Below, piece by piece: positions 12,430 through 24,404 of a stretch of DNA of 64,000 nucleotides. The stretch is taken from the NCBI GenBank assembly GCA_030390025.1, contig CM059431.1, positions 97,590,001-97,654,000 of the forward strand, given 5' to 3'. This stretch comes from Squalus acanthias (Eukaryota). The stretch's first letter is position 1; every line of letters begins with the position of its first letter. The notes beneath the pieces are model-generated. The model was not told the DNA's origin and ran no database searches. It worked only from the letters and a program-made list of their open reading frames with translations. A program made the translations under genes and the position numbers.

Positions 12430-13464
12430 CTAAGGTGGGTGGTGGGTGGGTTGTATAAAGTGATGGGTGCATGCCAGGGCAGGAGAGGGATCAGGACAAT
12501 GGAGAAAGGAAGTAACCAATCCAAAGGTGAAATGAAAGTAAAGGTGGAGTGAAGACAAGGAGAGAAAAAACTTGTTAGGCCTGTGACAAAGGTTCACTAT
12601 CCAAATTCTTCAGCAGGGTTAGTTTCAGAAGCTGTTGACAGTTTGAGATCATGAAATGACTAAAAAGTTTTGATAAATCGAAAGAGCATTAAATAATAGA
12701 AGATTATAGGTCAATTTATCGATCTCTCACCCCCCTCTCCCCCAAGCAGGAAGCCACACTTGTGGAAGGTCAGCTCGAGGACACGACTACAACAATGTGG
12801 ACACCCATCCTCCGACTCTGACAGGGTCCTGTTGGGAGTGTGGCATCACTGAATTACCCCCTTACAAAGCAAAATCATTACTAAAAGTCCAGTCATTTCC
12901 CACACTATTTTGGACACTTCATGACTTCAGCATCAATGTACATACACAGCTAGTACAAAGTTATAGAAAAGTCGAGGATATAAAAGAAAGTTGATTTTGA
13001 GCAGTCAGACCATGGACTGAAGTCGCCGCTCCGGGTTTTAGTACTGAAACCGTTGGAAAGGATGAAATGGGATTAGATGTTTGTGTGTTTGTGGGACGCA
13101 GTTCGCAAAGCTGAGAGGAAGCGAGCGTTATTAGGGCTGACAATGGCTCAGATCGATGCAAAGTTTGTTTTAATAAAGCAGAGTTCATTGATGCAGAAAG
13201 AAAAGCCGATCTAAAAGTCTCTGGTAATCAGTGCTCCTGGACAAAACATCAAACATCCACAACCGCTTTGGATTAATGATTTCATTTCTTCCTCGGCTTT
13301 AAAAGATATTTTCACTACGTGATTGGTGCTGACTTTGTGGGGAAGGGGAGGGAACAAGGTTGAGAGAGTCACTGATTTGAACATGTTTAAGCAGGGGCAG
13401 GCTGGTCGAATGAGTATGGGGCAGATTTACTGAGTAAACACAGCTGAAGGGTGAGGGTGAAGGT

Positions 13465-13825
13465 AAAGGGGGGGCCGGGGGCAAGCGAGGGGGACCAGGT
13501 GGTGAGTGGGGGGCCGGGAGGCTGGGTGCTGGGGTGAGAGTGGGGAGGGATGGCGGGTGAGGAGGGCCGAGGGGGTCTGAGGAGGGCGGAGGGCGAGGAG
13601 GGCGGAGAGTGGGGAGGGCCAAGGGGGGGCTGAGGAGGGGGGGGCTGAGGGCGGGGAGGGCGGAGAGGGCCAAGGGGGGTCTGAGGAGGGCGGAGAGGGC
13701 GGAGGGCGGGGGGGGCGGAGGGCGGGGAGCGGGGGGCGGGGAGGGCGGAGGGGGGCCAAGGGGGGTCTGAGGAGGGCGGAGGACCGGGGAGGGCCAAGGG
13801 GGGGCTGAGGAGGGCAGAGGGCCGC
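13465..13825 (+). repeat. G-rich low-complexity repeat (ggaggagggcggag / gggccaaggggggg units)
   Basis: Directly visible, with many G-runs; source of spurious proline-rich ORFs. Confidence 0.85.
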
Positions 13826-13851
13826 TGACCTCGACAGCCAGAATCATGACG

Positions 13852-14250
13852 TTACACAGAAATTACAACACGGAAACAGGCCATTCGGCCCATCCAGTCC
13901 GTGTTGGTGTTTATTCCCCACAGGAGCAATCTCCTAATCCCGTGTACCTGCCCTGTTCCAATATCCCTTTATTCCCCTTTCCTTTAACCACCTGTTCAAC
14001 CTATTCTTAAATGTATGGTCTCTCTGCTTCAGTCACTAACTCCAGTTGTACATTCCACAGCCTCACAACCCTCCGTCTAAATAAAGTTTCGCCAGCTCTC
14101 TGTCCTAAACCTCTTACATTTAATCTCATATCTATTCCCCTCGTTCTAGACCCTCAGTCAGAACCGGACTGTTTCTATCTAGTCTGTCCCATCCCTTCAT
14201 AATATTGAACACCTCTAACAAATCACCCCTGAATCTCCCAATGTAAAGAC
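13852..14250 (-). mobile_element. Old CR1 3' fragment
   Basis: Begins with a reverse-complement tail (acggaaacaggccattcggcccat) followed by a degraded ORF2 end. Confidence 0.7.
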
Positions 14251-14596
14251 ACAGGGGAGGTTGATAATGCTTTCCCACTTTTTAAGTGGAATTCATTCTC
14301 TACCAATAGCTCTGTGCAGGGTTTAGTAATAATAAGCAAAAGTTACCAAAGAATCTTTGGAGATCAGAATTAATTAAGTAAATCTTATTCTCCAGGTCTT
14401 GACACGTACAGGATAAATCAGACTGGATATAGATTGTAGCGTGCGCAGTTTGCACAGCAAGGCAAGGTTAGAAACATTGGACTAGCAGGTCTGCACAGCA
14501 CTGGAAACCTGCGACATATGCTGGAGGTACAAGGGTAGGAATTACTGTTGATGCTGTCAAATAAATGCTTAATGATACTTTAAACTGGGCACTACC

Positions 14597-14698
14597 TCTG
14601 GTGAAGTAGTGAAAGGTCACTGACCTGAAACACAGGCTCGGTTACTCTCTTAGATGCTGCCTGACCTGCTGAGTGTTTCCACCACTTTCTGTTTTTAG
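14597..14698 (+). mobile_element. Penelope-like element terminal-repeat remnant
   Basis: gtgaaAGGTCactGACCTgaaac...agatgctgcctgacctgctgagtgtttcca; same family as 3766-3864. Confidence 0.6.
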
Positions 14699-15024
14699 TG
14701 GAGGGGGGAATTTGGTACAAATGCTTTAACCATTCACGCGACAACTGCACACAACAGTCATTTCTGCTCCACATTAATCAATCTGCCTGGAATGTGATAA
14801 AATTACTTACGTGGATTTTGGACATCAAAACAAAATGTACAAGGAACAGACCAAGGGTTTCATACCTGGTCTCGATCTTACGGTAATGCAAATGAACAGA
14901 ATTTAAATATAACAAAACATTATACAGTCTGGGTATTTATTGGACATTTAAATTTATCCGTCCAGTTATACTGGTTAGGGTGTCATTCTCAAATGTTTCT
15001 TTACTTTTATCAAATATCAGTTAC

Positions 15025-15312
15025 CACGACAGGATAAAGGTGGTCTGATTGTCAAGGCTGACGTCAGGAAACACTTCTTCACACAAAGGGTAGTGAAATC
15101 TGGAACTCTTCCCCCCCCCAAAAAAAAGCTGTGGATTCTGGGGGGGTCAATTGGAGCTTTCAAGAATGAGATTGATCGATTTTTGTTGGGTAAGGGTATC
15201 AAGGAATATGGATGAAAGGCAGGTAGATGGAGCGGAGATACAGATCAGCCATGATCGAATTGAATGACGGAACAGGTTCGAGGGGCTGAATGGCCTCCTC
15301 CTGTTTCTATAT
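15025..15312 (+). mobile_element. CR1 3' fragment
   Basis: aggaaacacttcttcacacaaagggtagtg...ggggctgaatggcctcctcctgtttctat; same subfamily as 38926-39137. Confidence 0.8.
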
Positions 15313-16535
15313 TATTTAACTCCTAAACGCACTATTATTTAACTCTACAATCACCAAATTAAAGACTGTCCTTTGTTAATAATCTACAGGCTGTTACTTA
15401 AAGCACTGATTTTAAAATAGCTCACTATAGGTATGATCCTTATTAACCCTTCACTTACAGATAGATTTCAACTTTACACTGAAATACATTTTCAGGAAGT
15501 TAACCACCAGAGACCTGCAATTGAGATCGTCACGATTCTTTATGTAAGACTTTGCCCAAATTCAATAACAGGATCTGTGTACAAGACATCCATGTGTGCC
15601 TGAAACAGCACACCAGACTCTCTGCAATGAGGTGAAGAATGGCAATCCGAGGGCGAGCTGCCGAGGGGGCGCTGGAGGGTGTCCGCTGTTTCTTCGGGTT
15701 CCGCGCTTACAGCCGGCCAACAATGTGTCAGGAGCAGAGATTCGTTAAATCATCCCAGAGGTTGTATTCATTGACCAGTCCTATATAACATCATTAGATT
15801 CTATAATACATTGCCCAATATCAGTATATCAGAGTGGGGAATAGACAGATTAGATCGAACTACTACACATTGAGGGACAGTGAATGGACAGACCAGATAA
15901 TACTACTGCACACTGAGGTTGGTGAGTATTTGGAATGGACTGCACAGGGAGGTGATTGAAGTTGGTAAGATTAATAACCAAGTGTGGGTTGGACAGGCGT
16001 TTGGTGAGTATATAAATGAGGTGTCGGATGTGAGCTTTGTAGTGTGTTTTAAACTCTGGGGCTGACCAGATTAACTGAAATGATCATTTCCACGTGTCTT
16101 AATCCTTAGAAAGATGATTTTCTGGAACTTCAAAATCCTACACTAACGTTTACAACGATCCTACCAATGGTCTGCTCAGGCTCAATATCCAATCTGCATT
16201 CCTAACGTTAATTAAATGTGGCGGGGGAAGATCAAGGAACTCCAGGGCTGATATTTTAAGTGTTTATTGCCCAGGTGTCATTCCCTCCATGCAATGAAGA
16301 TCGACATTCACTCCATATGGAGGTGGAGCAAAAGTGAATTGAAGTTCTAGTTTTTTTAATATGTAAACTGATGGATTATTAACAGCACTATTTTGGAAAT
16401 AATGCAACATAATATGCTGGCGATTGCTGCAAAATGACACTGAAATTCTGAATGATTGAAAAATGTAACCCTCTTGAATTGGATTTGAATAGTTCCTAAA
16501 TAAAGGTTCATTCTATAGAGTGAAGCTGCACTTAC

Positions 16536-16625
16536 TTGAGTTCAGAGTCTGGCGGGTTTTAGCACTAGTGCAGTACGCTTCGATAACTTTCAAGATCTGT
16601 GTATCTTCTTCTAGAGCTGCTGTGC
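16536..16625 (-). CDS. ARHGEF7: ARHGEF7 exon encoding the GIT-binding domain (STAALEEDTQILKVIEAYCTSAKTRQTLNS)
   Basis: cccag|GCACA...CTCAA|gtaagt, 90 nt, phase 1 to 1, in frame with the previous exon. The AKTRQTLNS ending fits ARHGEF7 rather than ARHGEF6. Confidence 0.95.
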
Positions 16626-16672
16626 CTGGGTAATGAAAACAAAATCCTCGTAAAACACAGTCACAAAACATT

Positions 16673-17301
16673 GGCCCGGAATTTGCGGTCATCGGCGAAA
16701 CAAAGGCAATCTCTGTGGCGAGAAGTTTGCCTGTTTCGACGCGTAATTGATTGCAGCGCTCTGTAGTGGGAATTCCCTAGTGCAATCTGCTGTTGACGTC
16801 AACAAGCTGTCTAAGCAGCCAATCACATTGCAGAATTCGCACAGACTGGGAACCAGGAAATGAGAAGTTGCTTTAATCCGGACTTTTTAAAAATGTTAGA
16901 GAGCAAAACAAAAATTGGGGCTTTCACATGGGGATAAGGTAGAAGCTGAAATATCCAAAAATATTTTTTTTTGAAGTTTCTTAAAAATTGTAATTATCAA
17001 AATGGAGAAATTTGACACTTTAAAAAAAAAAATTAGTTTTTCAGGGCCATAACATTTGTTTAGCAGTCAATACGCTGTTAAAACCCCAGTTATACCTAAT
17101 CCAACAAGGCTTAACATTTAATGGGGTATTTAACAGCGAAAAGCCCAAGTTTTTGTCAGTTTCCCTGATTGTCGGGGTGGGGGGCACACAGCCAGTGTCG
17201 GAGCAGTGAATGACTGACCGCAACATCAGGATTTCTATGTTTAGATGTGCATGCGCTACATCCTGAAGTTGCGGTCAGTTTCAAACCGCAAATTCTGGCC
17301 C
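16673..17301. mobile_element. MITE with 17-bp TIRs (PIF/Harbinger-like)
   Basis: GGCCCGGAATTTGCGGT ... ACCGCAAATTCTGGCCC (15/17 inverted match); 3-bp flanks ATT/ATG. Confidence 0.6.
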
Positions 17302-19024
17302 ATGGATGCTTACAGAAAAGTCCCCAGACTTCAGATTGGTGATGCTGATGATTTTTGGGCTTCTGATTATCTACATGTCACCTAAACCAAATCTAAAAAC
17401 CTAAAGATGAATTTTGAGCCAACAACACCTCACCGAAGCTAAACCCCAAAGTTGGCCTGTTGTTCAAGTCCAAACCCTCATTCCTACAAGATTTAAGGAA
17501 CATCAATGGTAGACACCCTTACCTTACACATTCAACACTCGGTGTACTGCAGTGTGGATGCTATGCAGAGAGTATTCACTTTAACAAGGACACATCAATG
17601 GTGCTTTCACACCTGGTCTGAAGCAAGTGTTAATCCCTCGCACTGTCTCACTTAGAAATTTAAGATTGCAAAACATATATATCCTGTCAAAAATACTGTG
17701 ACCACAACATTCTGTTGCTGTTGTGCCTGTAGGGGGCCCTGTCAGGCTCTTGTTATGTAACACATCAAGCAAAGTGCGGCTGATCTAACGTTGCGTGACA
17801 GGTTCTAGAGGTGGATGGGTCGCTCACCGGACTGGGCGTTTGATCTGCTTGCTGAGTGTACCCGAGGTACAATGCACTGCACGATTAATATCAAGCTGCA
17901 GGCCAGTTACTGCTCCTTGCTCAACCACTGGCAGCAGTTTTGTAATGAGTATCAGCCCCCGGAGCTTCCAGATACCCACTGCTGAGACAGGTTTAGTGTC
18001 GATCACAGTTACATCGTAACAAACCACTGAGAGACCAGCATTGACGGTGAATGCCGACACAGATTTAGTGAAGGCCAACACCCCCCTCCCCAAGAGTGAA
18101 TCCCGCCACTGATATCTGAAGGCTCTCCCCATCCCCCATTGAGGTTGAATCCCAGAACCAATATATTGGGCCTGCTCGCCCCAACTCACCACCACATTCC
18201 CCCCCCGCCCCACCCCGCAGATTGAGCAAAGATCTGGGGGAAGGATCACCCTCTCGTGTGGGTCTGGTGGAGGGAAGTGCTGCTCCCCAACTCCCCACTC
18301 AGAGATTGTTGGCCTCCCCTTCCACTGAGGTAGTTTCCCCATCTTTCCTCCACCCATCCCACCTCCCCCTGCCCTCCCTCTATCCCCCACCCTCCCACTC
18401 TTCTCACCCCGCCCTCCTCGGTCTGATTATCCCCCCAGCCTCTAACCCTGCTTCACCCAAGTACAACATTGGCCTGTAGTTTCCTCCTTGAAAGCAACTG
18501 TAAATCAGACCAGAATGTGTGAGCGATAACCACAGAGAGCAAGTGAGGAGCCGCAATCTCTGTGAAGTGACTCCCTTCCCAGGGTACTGGGTGAGGGCCG
18601 TGAATGTCTAAGCTCTCCCTCTCTGCAGCCACTCTCCTTTTTGTCACAGTTCCACTGGACGGACTGCCTGAGATCTCGCACATGGAATGGAGGCGGCAAT
18701 GGACAGAAAATCTAGCCCAACACTGTTAGTTGACTGGAAAACTAAATGTTCTGTTTCTCGAACTAATGACAGTGATTTAACAGTTAGACAAACTACACAT
18801 TAATAAATGCTGTGTTACCTTTGCAAGTAACATGACCTACAATCGGCGCAACCCAATCCAACTCTCATTATTTGAGTATCTTTTCTTACTTAAAAACTTC
18901 CGAGTCTCTTGACAACTCTTCATCTCTAATTGGCTATGGGCGGGTGCATAAAGTGCCAGGTCATCGAGTCAGAAAATAGGAAAGCAACAAAGAGCATCAG
19001 ACAACAACCGAACGCCAAACATAC

Positions 19025-19118
19025 TTTTCCTCAGTGCAAATTCCTCATCGGAAGGTTTTCTTTCCGGTTTCCGTTTTGGAAGCAGCTTCTTCATAGTTTT
19101 GGGGCTCTTGCTGAGGTC
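19025..19118 (-). CDS. ARHGEF7: ARHGEF7/beta-PIX internal coding exon ([31 protein letters not shown])
   Basis: Manual minus-strand translation: ttttgtgcag|GAC...AAAA|gtatgt, 94 nt, phase 0 to 1. The peptide matches the recalled beta-PIX region preceding the GIT-binding domain. Confidence 0.93.
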
Positions 19119-19344
19119 CTGCACAAAAGTCGACAAAATATCGTAATTGCAGCAGAATCACCTGATGCATTGCTTGTGGGTTCGAGGACAACTGGATGTC
19201 GGGGGGGAGGGCTTGCGGGACGCTGGGGGGGGGGGGGGGGGGGGGAAGGGCTAGCGGGACGCTGGGGGGGGGGGGGGCTAGCGGGACGCTGGGGGGGAAG
19301 GGCTAGCGGGACGCTGGGGGGAAGGGCTAGCGGGACGCTGGGGG

Positions 19345-19844
19345 NNNNNNNNNNNNNNNNNNNNNNNNNNNNNNNNNNNNNNNNNNNNNNNNNNNNNNNN
19401 NNNNNNNNNNNNNNNNNNNNNNNNNNNNNNNNNNNNNNNNNNNNNNNNNNNNNNNNNNNNNNNNNNNNNNNNNNNNNNNNNNNNNNNNNNNNNNNNNNNN
19501 NNNNNNNNNNNNNNNNNNNNNNNNNNNNNNNNNNNNNNNNNNNNNNNNNNNNNNNNNNNNNNNNNNNNNNNNNNNNNNNNNNNNNNNNNNNNNNNNNNNN
19601 NNNNNNNNNNNNNNNNNNNNNNNNNNNNNNNNNNNNNNNNNNNNNNNNNNNNNNNNNNNNNNNNNNNNNNNNNNNNNNNNNNNNNNNNNNNNNNNNNNNN
19701 NNNNNNNNNNNNNNNNNNNNNNNNNNNNNNNNNNNNNNNNNNNNNNNNNNNNNNNNNNNNNNNNNNNNNNNNNNNNNNNNNNNNNNNNNNNNNNNNNNNN
19801 NNNNNNNNNNNNNNNNNNNNNNNNNNNNNNNNNNNNNNNNNNNN
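19345..19844. other. Assembly gap (500 N)
   Basis: Exactly 500 N. Flanked by a G-rich tandem repeat (gggctagcgggacgctgggggg, ~19200-19344) and a C-rich tract (19845-20095). Confidence 0.99.
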
Positions 19845-20513
19845 CTCCCCAGCCCATTCCTCCCCCACCCCCTCCCCCAGCCCATCCTCCCCCACCCACC
19901 TCAACCCTCCCCCACTCCCCTGCCCCTGCCCATCCCTCCCCCACCTCCTCCCCCAGCCCATCCCTCACCCACCCCTCCCCCAGCCCATCCCTCACCCCCC
20001 CCTCCCAGCCCATCCCTCCCCCAGCACCAACCCATCCCTCCCCCTCCCTCACCCCCACCTCCACCCCCAGCATCACACCGTCCTTCCCCCACCCCCAGTG
20101 CCTCTGGTGGAGCCCACCTCATTCCCAGCACTCGCTGTCTGAGAGAAGCCCTGTCTGCTTTTACTGACAAAGGATGCATTACTTTTAACCCACTTGGTTT
20201 AGACAAATGTTTTTTTTCTGGTTTATGCAAACATTCTGGACAAACCACGTCCTCTGTAACTGGAGTACGCTGAAACTCAGGAACAGTCGGGTCGACAAAG
20301 CGAGCTTTCTGCCTGCACCCAGGCTGTTTGTAACTCGTGGCAAGGGGGACATCAGCACCATCTACTGGTTAAAGGATTGAAGCTGGTCAGGAACCACTGT
20401 ACACCACACCAGGAGACACAGATCTATGAATTAAGTGCTCCCGGTGGGAATTCTCACAAGAGCAGGAGGTCCCACCTGCAGTATGCAGTGCTTGCCGTCC
20501 ATTCCATAGCAGC

Positions 20514-23500
20514 AGGTCATAATCTCTGGATTATTACCGGAGCCACGAGCAAATTGGCATAGGGTCAATAGGATCAGGGAGATGAATGCGTGGCTCAAAG
20601 ATTGGTGTGGGAGAAGTGGGTTTCGATTCGTGGGGCACTGGCACCAGTACTGGGGAAAGAGAGAGCTGTTCCGTTGGGACGGACTACACCTGAACCAGGC
20701 TGGGACCAGAGTTCTAGCGAATCGAATAACTAGGGAGGTAGATAGGGCTTTAAACTAAATAAGGTGGTGGGGGGGGGGGGGGGGGGGGGCGGGGGGCGGG
20801 GGGGGGGGCGGTCCCAGTGGAGAGAAACCTAGAATGCTAAAGAGAAAAGACAAGGAAGCAGTGCAGGAAAGTGATGGGGTAAGGATAACCAGATTGTGTC
20901 AGGAAGGGACAGAGCGTACAAACAAAGGAGTGCACTAACAAATAGGGTCCGGGTAAGAAAAAATGGTAAGACAAATAGAGCCATAGTACAAAAAAATGTT
21001 AAGATGTCTAAAAATGTTAAAAAGACAAATCTAAAGGCACTGTATCTGAATGCACGAAGCATTCATAATAAGGTAGATGAATTAACAGCGCAAATAGATG
21101 TAAATGGATACGATATAATTGCGATTACAGAGACATGGCTGCAGGGTGACCAAGGCTGGGAGCTGAATATCCAAGGATATTCGATATTTAGGAAGGACAG
21201 GCAAAAAGGAAAAGGAGGTGGGGTGGCGTTGTTAGTAAAGGATGAAATCAAAGCAATAGTGAGAAAGGATATTGGCTCAGAAAATCAAGATGTAGAATCA
21301 GTCTGGGTGGAGCTAAGAAGCACCAAGGGGCAGAAAACATTGGTGGGAGTTGTCTATAGGCCTCCAAACAGTACTGGTAATGTAGGGGACGGCATCAAAC
21401 AGGAAATTAGAGATGCATGTAACAAGGGTACTACAGTAATCATGGGTGATTTTAATCTACATATAGACTGGCCAAACCAAATTAGTAATAATACTGTGGA
21501 GGATGAATTCCTGGAGTGTGTACGAGATGGTTTTTTAGACCAGTACATTGAGTCGCCAACTAGGGAACAGGCTATCCTAGATTGGGTATTGTACAATGAG
21601 AAGGGGTTAATTAATAATCTTGTTGTGCGGGCTCCTTTAGCGAAGAGTGACCACACATGATAGAATTCTTCATTAAGATGGAAAGTGAAGAAGTCCAATC
21701 CGAAACTAGGGTCCTAAATCTAAACAAAGGAAACTACGATGGTATGAGGAGTGAGTTGGCTATGATAGATTGGGGAGCTTCATTAAAAGGCATGACAGTG
21801 GATAGACAATGGCTAACATTTAAGGAATGAATGCATGAATTGCAACAGTTATACATTCCTTTCTGGCGCAAAAACACAAAAGGAAAAGCGGCCCAACCAT
21901 GGCTAACAAAAGAAATTAAGGATAGTATTAGATCCAAAGAGGAGTCATAAAGTTGCCAGAATAAGTAGCAAGCCTAAGGATTGGGAGCAGTTTAGAGTTC
22001 AGCAAAAAAGGACCAAGAGATTGATTAAGAGGGGAAAAATAGAGTATGAGTGTAAACTTGCAAGGAACATAAAAGCGGACTGTAAAAGCTTCTACAAGTA
22101 TGTAATAAGAAAAAGATTAGTGAAGACAAATGTAGGTCCCTTACAGTCAGAAACTGGAGAATTTATAATGAGGAACAAGGAAATGGCTGAGCAATTAAAC
22201 AAATACTTTGGTTCTGTCTTCACGGGAGAGGACACAAATAACTTCCCAGAAATACTAGGGAACCAAGGGTCTAGTGAGAAGGAGGAATTAAAGGAAATTA
22301 GTATTCGTAAAAAAATAGTGCTGGAGAAATTAATAGGACTGAAAGCCGATAAATCCCCAGGGCCTGATAATCTGCATCCCAGAGTACTAAAAGAGGTAGC
22401 CATGGAAATAGTGGATGCATTGGTTGTCATCTTCCAAAATTCTATAGATTATGGAACAGTTCCTGCAGATTGGAGGGTGGCAAATGTAACCCCACTATTT
22501 AAAAAAGGAGGGAGAGAGAAAACAGGGAACTACAGACCGGTTAGCCTAACATCAGTAGTAGGGGAAATGCTAGAGTCTATTATAAAGGATGTGATAACAG
22601 GACACTTAGAAAATATCAACGGGATTAGACAAAGTCAACATGGATTTATGAAAGGGAAATTGTGTTTGACAAACCTACTGGAGTTTTTTGAGGATGTAAC
22701 TGGTAGAATAGATAAGGGAGAAGCAGTGGATGTGGTGTATTTGGATTTTCAGAAGGCCTTTGATAAAGTCCCACATAAGAGGTTAATGTGCAAAATTAAA
22801 GTACATGGGATTGGGGGTAATATACTGTCATGGATTGAAAATTGGTTAACAGACAGGAAACAGAATAGGAATAAATGGGTCTTTTTCGGGGTGGCAGGCG
22901 GTGACTAGTGGGGTACTGCAGGGATCAGTGCTTGAGCCCCAGCTATTCACAATATATATCAATGATTTGGATGAGGGAACCAAACGTAATATTTCCAAGT
23001 TTGCTGACGACACGAAACTAGGTGGGATTGTGAGTTGTGAGAAGGATACAAAGAGGCTTCAAGGCGATTTAGACAAGTTGAGTGAGTGGGCAAATACATG
23101 TGAAGTTATCCACTTCGGTAGGAAAAACAGAAAGGCAGAGTATTATTTAAATAGTGATAGATTGGGAAATGTTGATGTGCAGAGGGACCTGGGTGTCCTT
23201 GTACACCAGTCACTGAAAGCAAACATACAGGTGCAGCAAGCAGTTAGGAAGGCAAATGGTATGTTCGGCCTTCATTGCAAGAGGATTTGAATACAGGAGC
23301 AAGGATGTCTTACTACAGTTATATACTTCACCTGACGAAGGAGCAGTGCTCCGAAAGCTTCTGATTTCAACTAAAGCTGTTGGACTATAACCTGGTGTTG
23401 TGCGACTTCTTACAGTTATACAGGGCCTTGGTGAGACCACACCTGGAGTACTGTGTGCAGTTTTAGTCTCCTTACCTAAGAAAGGATATACTTGCCATAG

Positions 23501-24012
23501 AGGGAGCGCAGCTAAGGTTCACCAGACTGATTCCTGGGATGGCAGGACTGTCGTATGAGGAGAGATTGGGTCGACTAGGCCTGTATTCACTAGAGTTTAG
23601 AAGAATGAGAGGGGATCTCATTGAAACGTATAAAATTCTGACAGGGCTAGACAGACTGGATGCAGGGAGGATGTTTCCTCTGGCTGGGGGGTGTCTAGAA
23701 CGAGGGATCACAGTCTCAGGATACGGGGTAGGACATTTAGGACTGAGATGAGGAGAAATTTCTTCACTCAGAGGGTGGTGAACCTGTGGAATTCTCTACC
23801 ACAGAAGGCTGTGGAGGCCAAGTCACTGAATATATTTAAGAAGGAGATAGATAGATTTCTAGACAGAAAAGGCATCAAGGGGTATGGGGAGAGAGCGGGA
23901 ATATGGTATTGAGATAGAAGATCAGCCATGATCATGTTGAATGGTGGAGCAGGCTCGAAGGGCCGAATGGCCTACTCCTGCTCCTATTTTTCTATGTTTC
24001 TTATTTCTATGT
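20514..24012 (+). mobile_element. CR1 LINE, 5'-truncated in ORF1; full-span but disrupted ORF2 (APE endonuclease + RT)
   Basis: ORF1 end (VIISGLLPEPRANW), endonuclease motifs YLNARSI, ITETWL and MGDFN, RT motifs [13 protein letters not shown] and FADDTKL; internal stops; tail tttctatgtttcttatttctatgt. Confidence 0.95.
23324..23410 (+). mobile_element. 87-bp Penelope-like fragment with minimal hammerhead ribozyme motif, inserted in the CR1
   Basis: Flanked by a 10-bp duplication TACAGTTATA (23314-23323, 23411-23420); contains CTGACGA-A-GGAGC-AGT-GCTCC-GAAA-GCTT. Confidence 0.8.
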
Positions 24013-24249
24013 TAGCAGCAGGAGGAGGGCTGGAGCAACACGGAGGAGAGTGAGAGGGAATGAAGGGGAGAAGCAAGGAGGGTAGAGAAAGGGAGCAGTG
24101 TTTTGGGAGGGGAAAAGGAAGAGCTGCAGAAAGTAAAAGGTTGAATTGACATGCGAGAGGGTGAAGAGTGTCTGTGTGACAGAGTGGGGAGCTGGATGGG
24201 ATAGGAATAAAGGAACATAGGAACAGGAGGGGGGCATTTAACCCCTCAA

Positions 24250-24404
24250 ACCTGGGATTTAGTGCGGCTCCAGTCCAGGTTTTGAAGCGGCTCCAGTCCG
24301 GGTGTTGAGGTGGCTCCAGTCCGGGTTTTGAGGCGGCTCCAGTCTGGAATTCCAGGGGCTCCAGGCCTGGATTCAGGCTCCAGTCCGGGATTCAGGCTCC
24401 AGTC
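24250..24404 (+). repeat. Detached left part of the ggctccagtcYgggattcagg minisatellite
   Basis: About 7 degenerate units of the same motif as 31841-33080. Confidence 0.85.

Noticed and set aside
13299..13847. Proline-rich ORFs
   Set aside because: Reverse complement of a G-rich low-complexity tract.
18930..20273. 447-aa ORF and overlapping ORFs spanning Ns
   Set aside because: Artefacts of the N gap and low-complexity flanks; the real exon is on the minus strand at 19025-19118.
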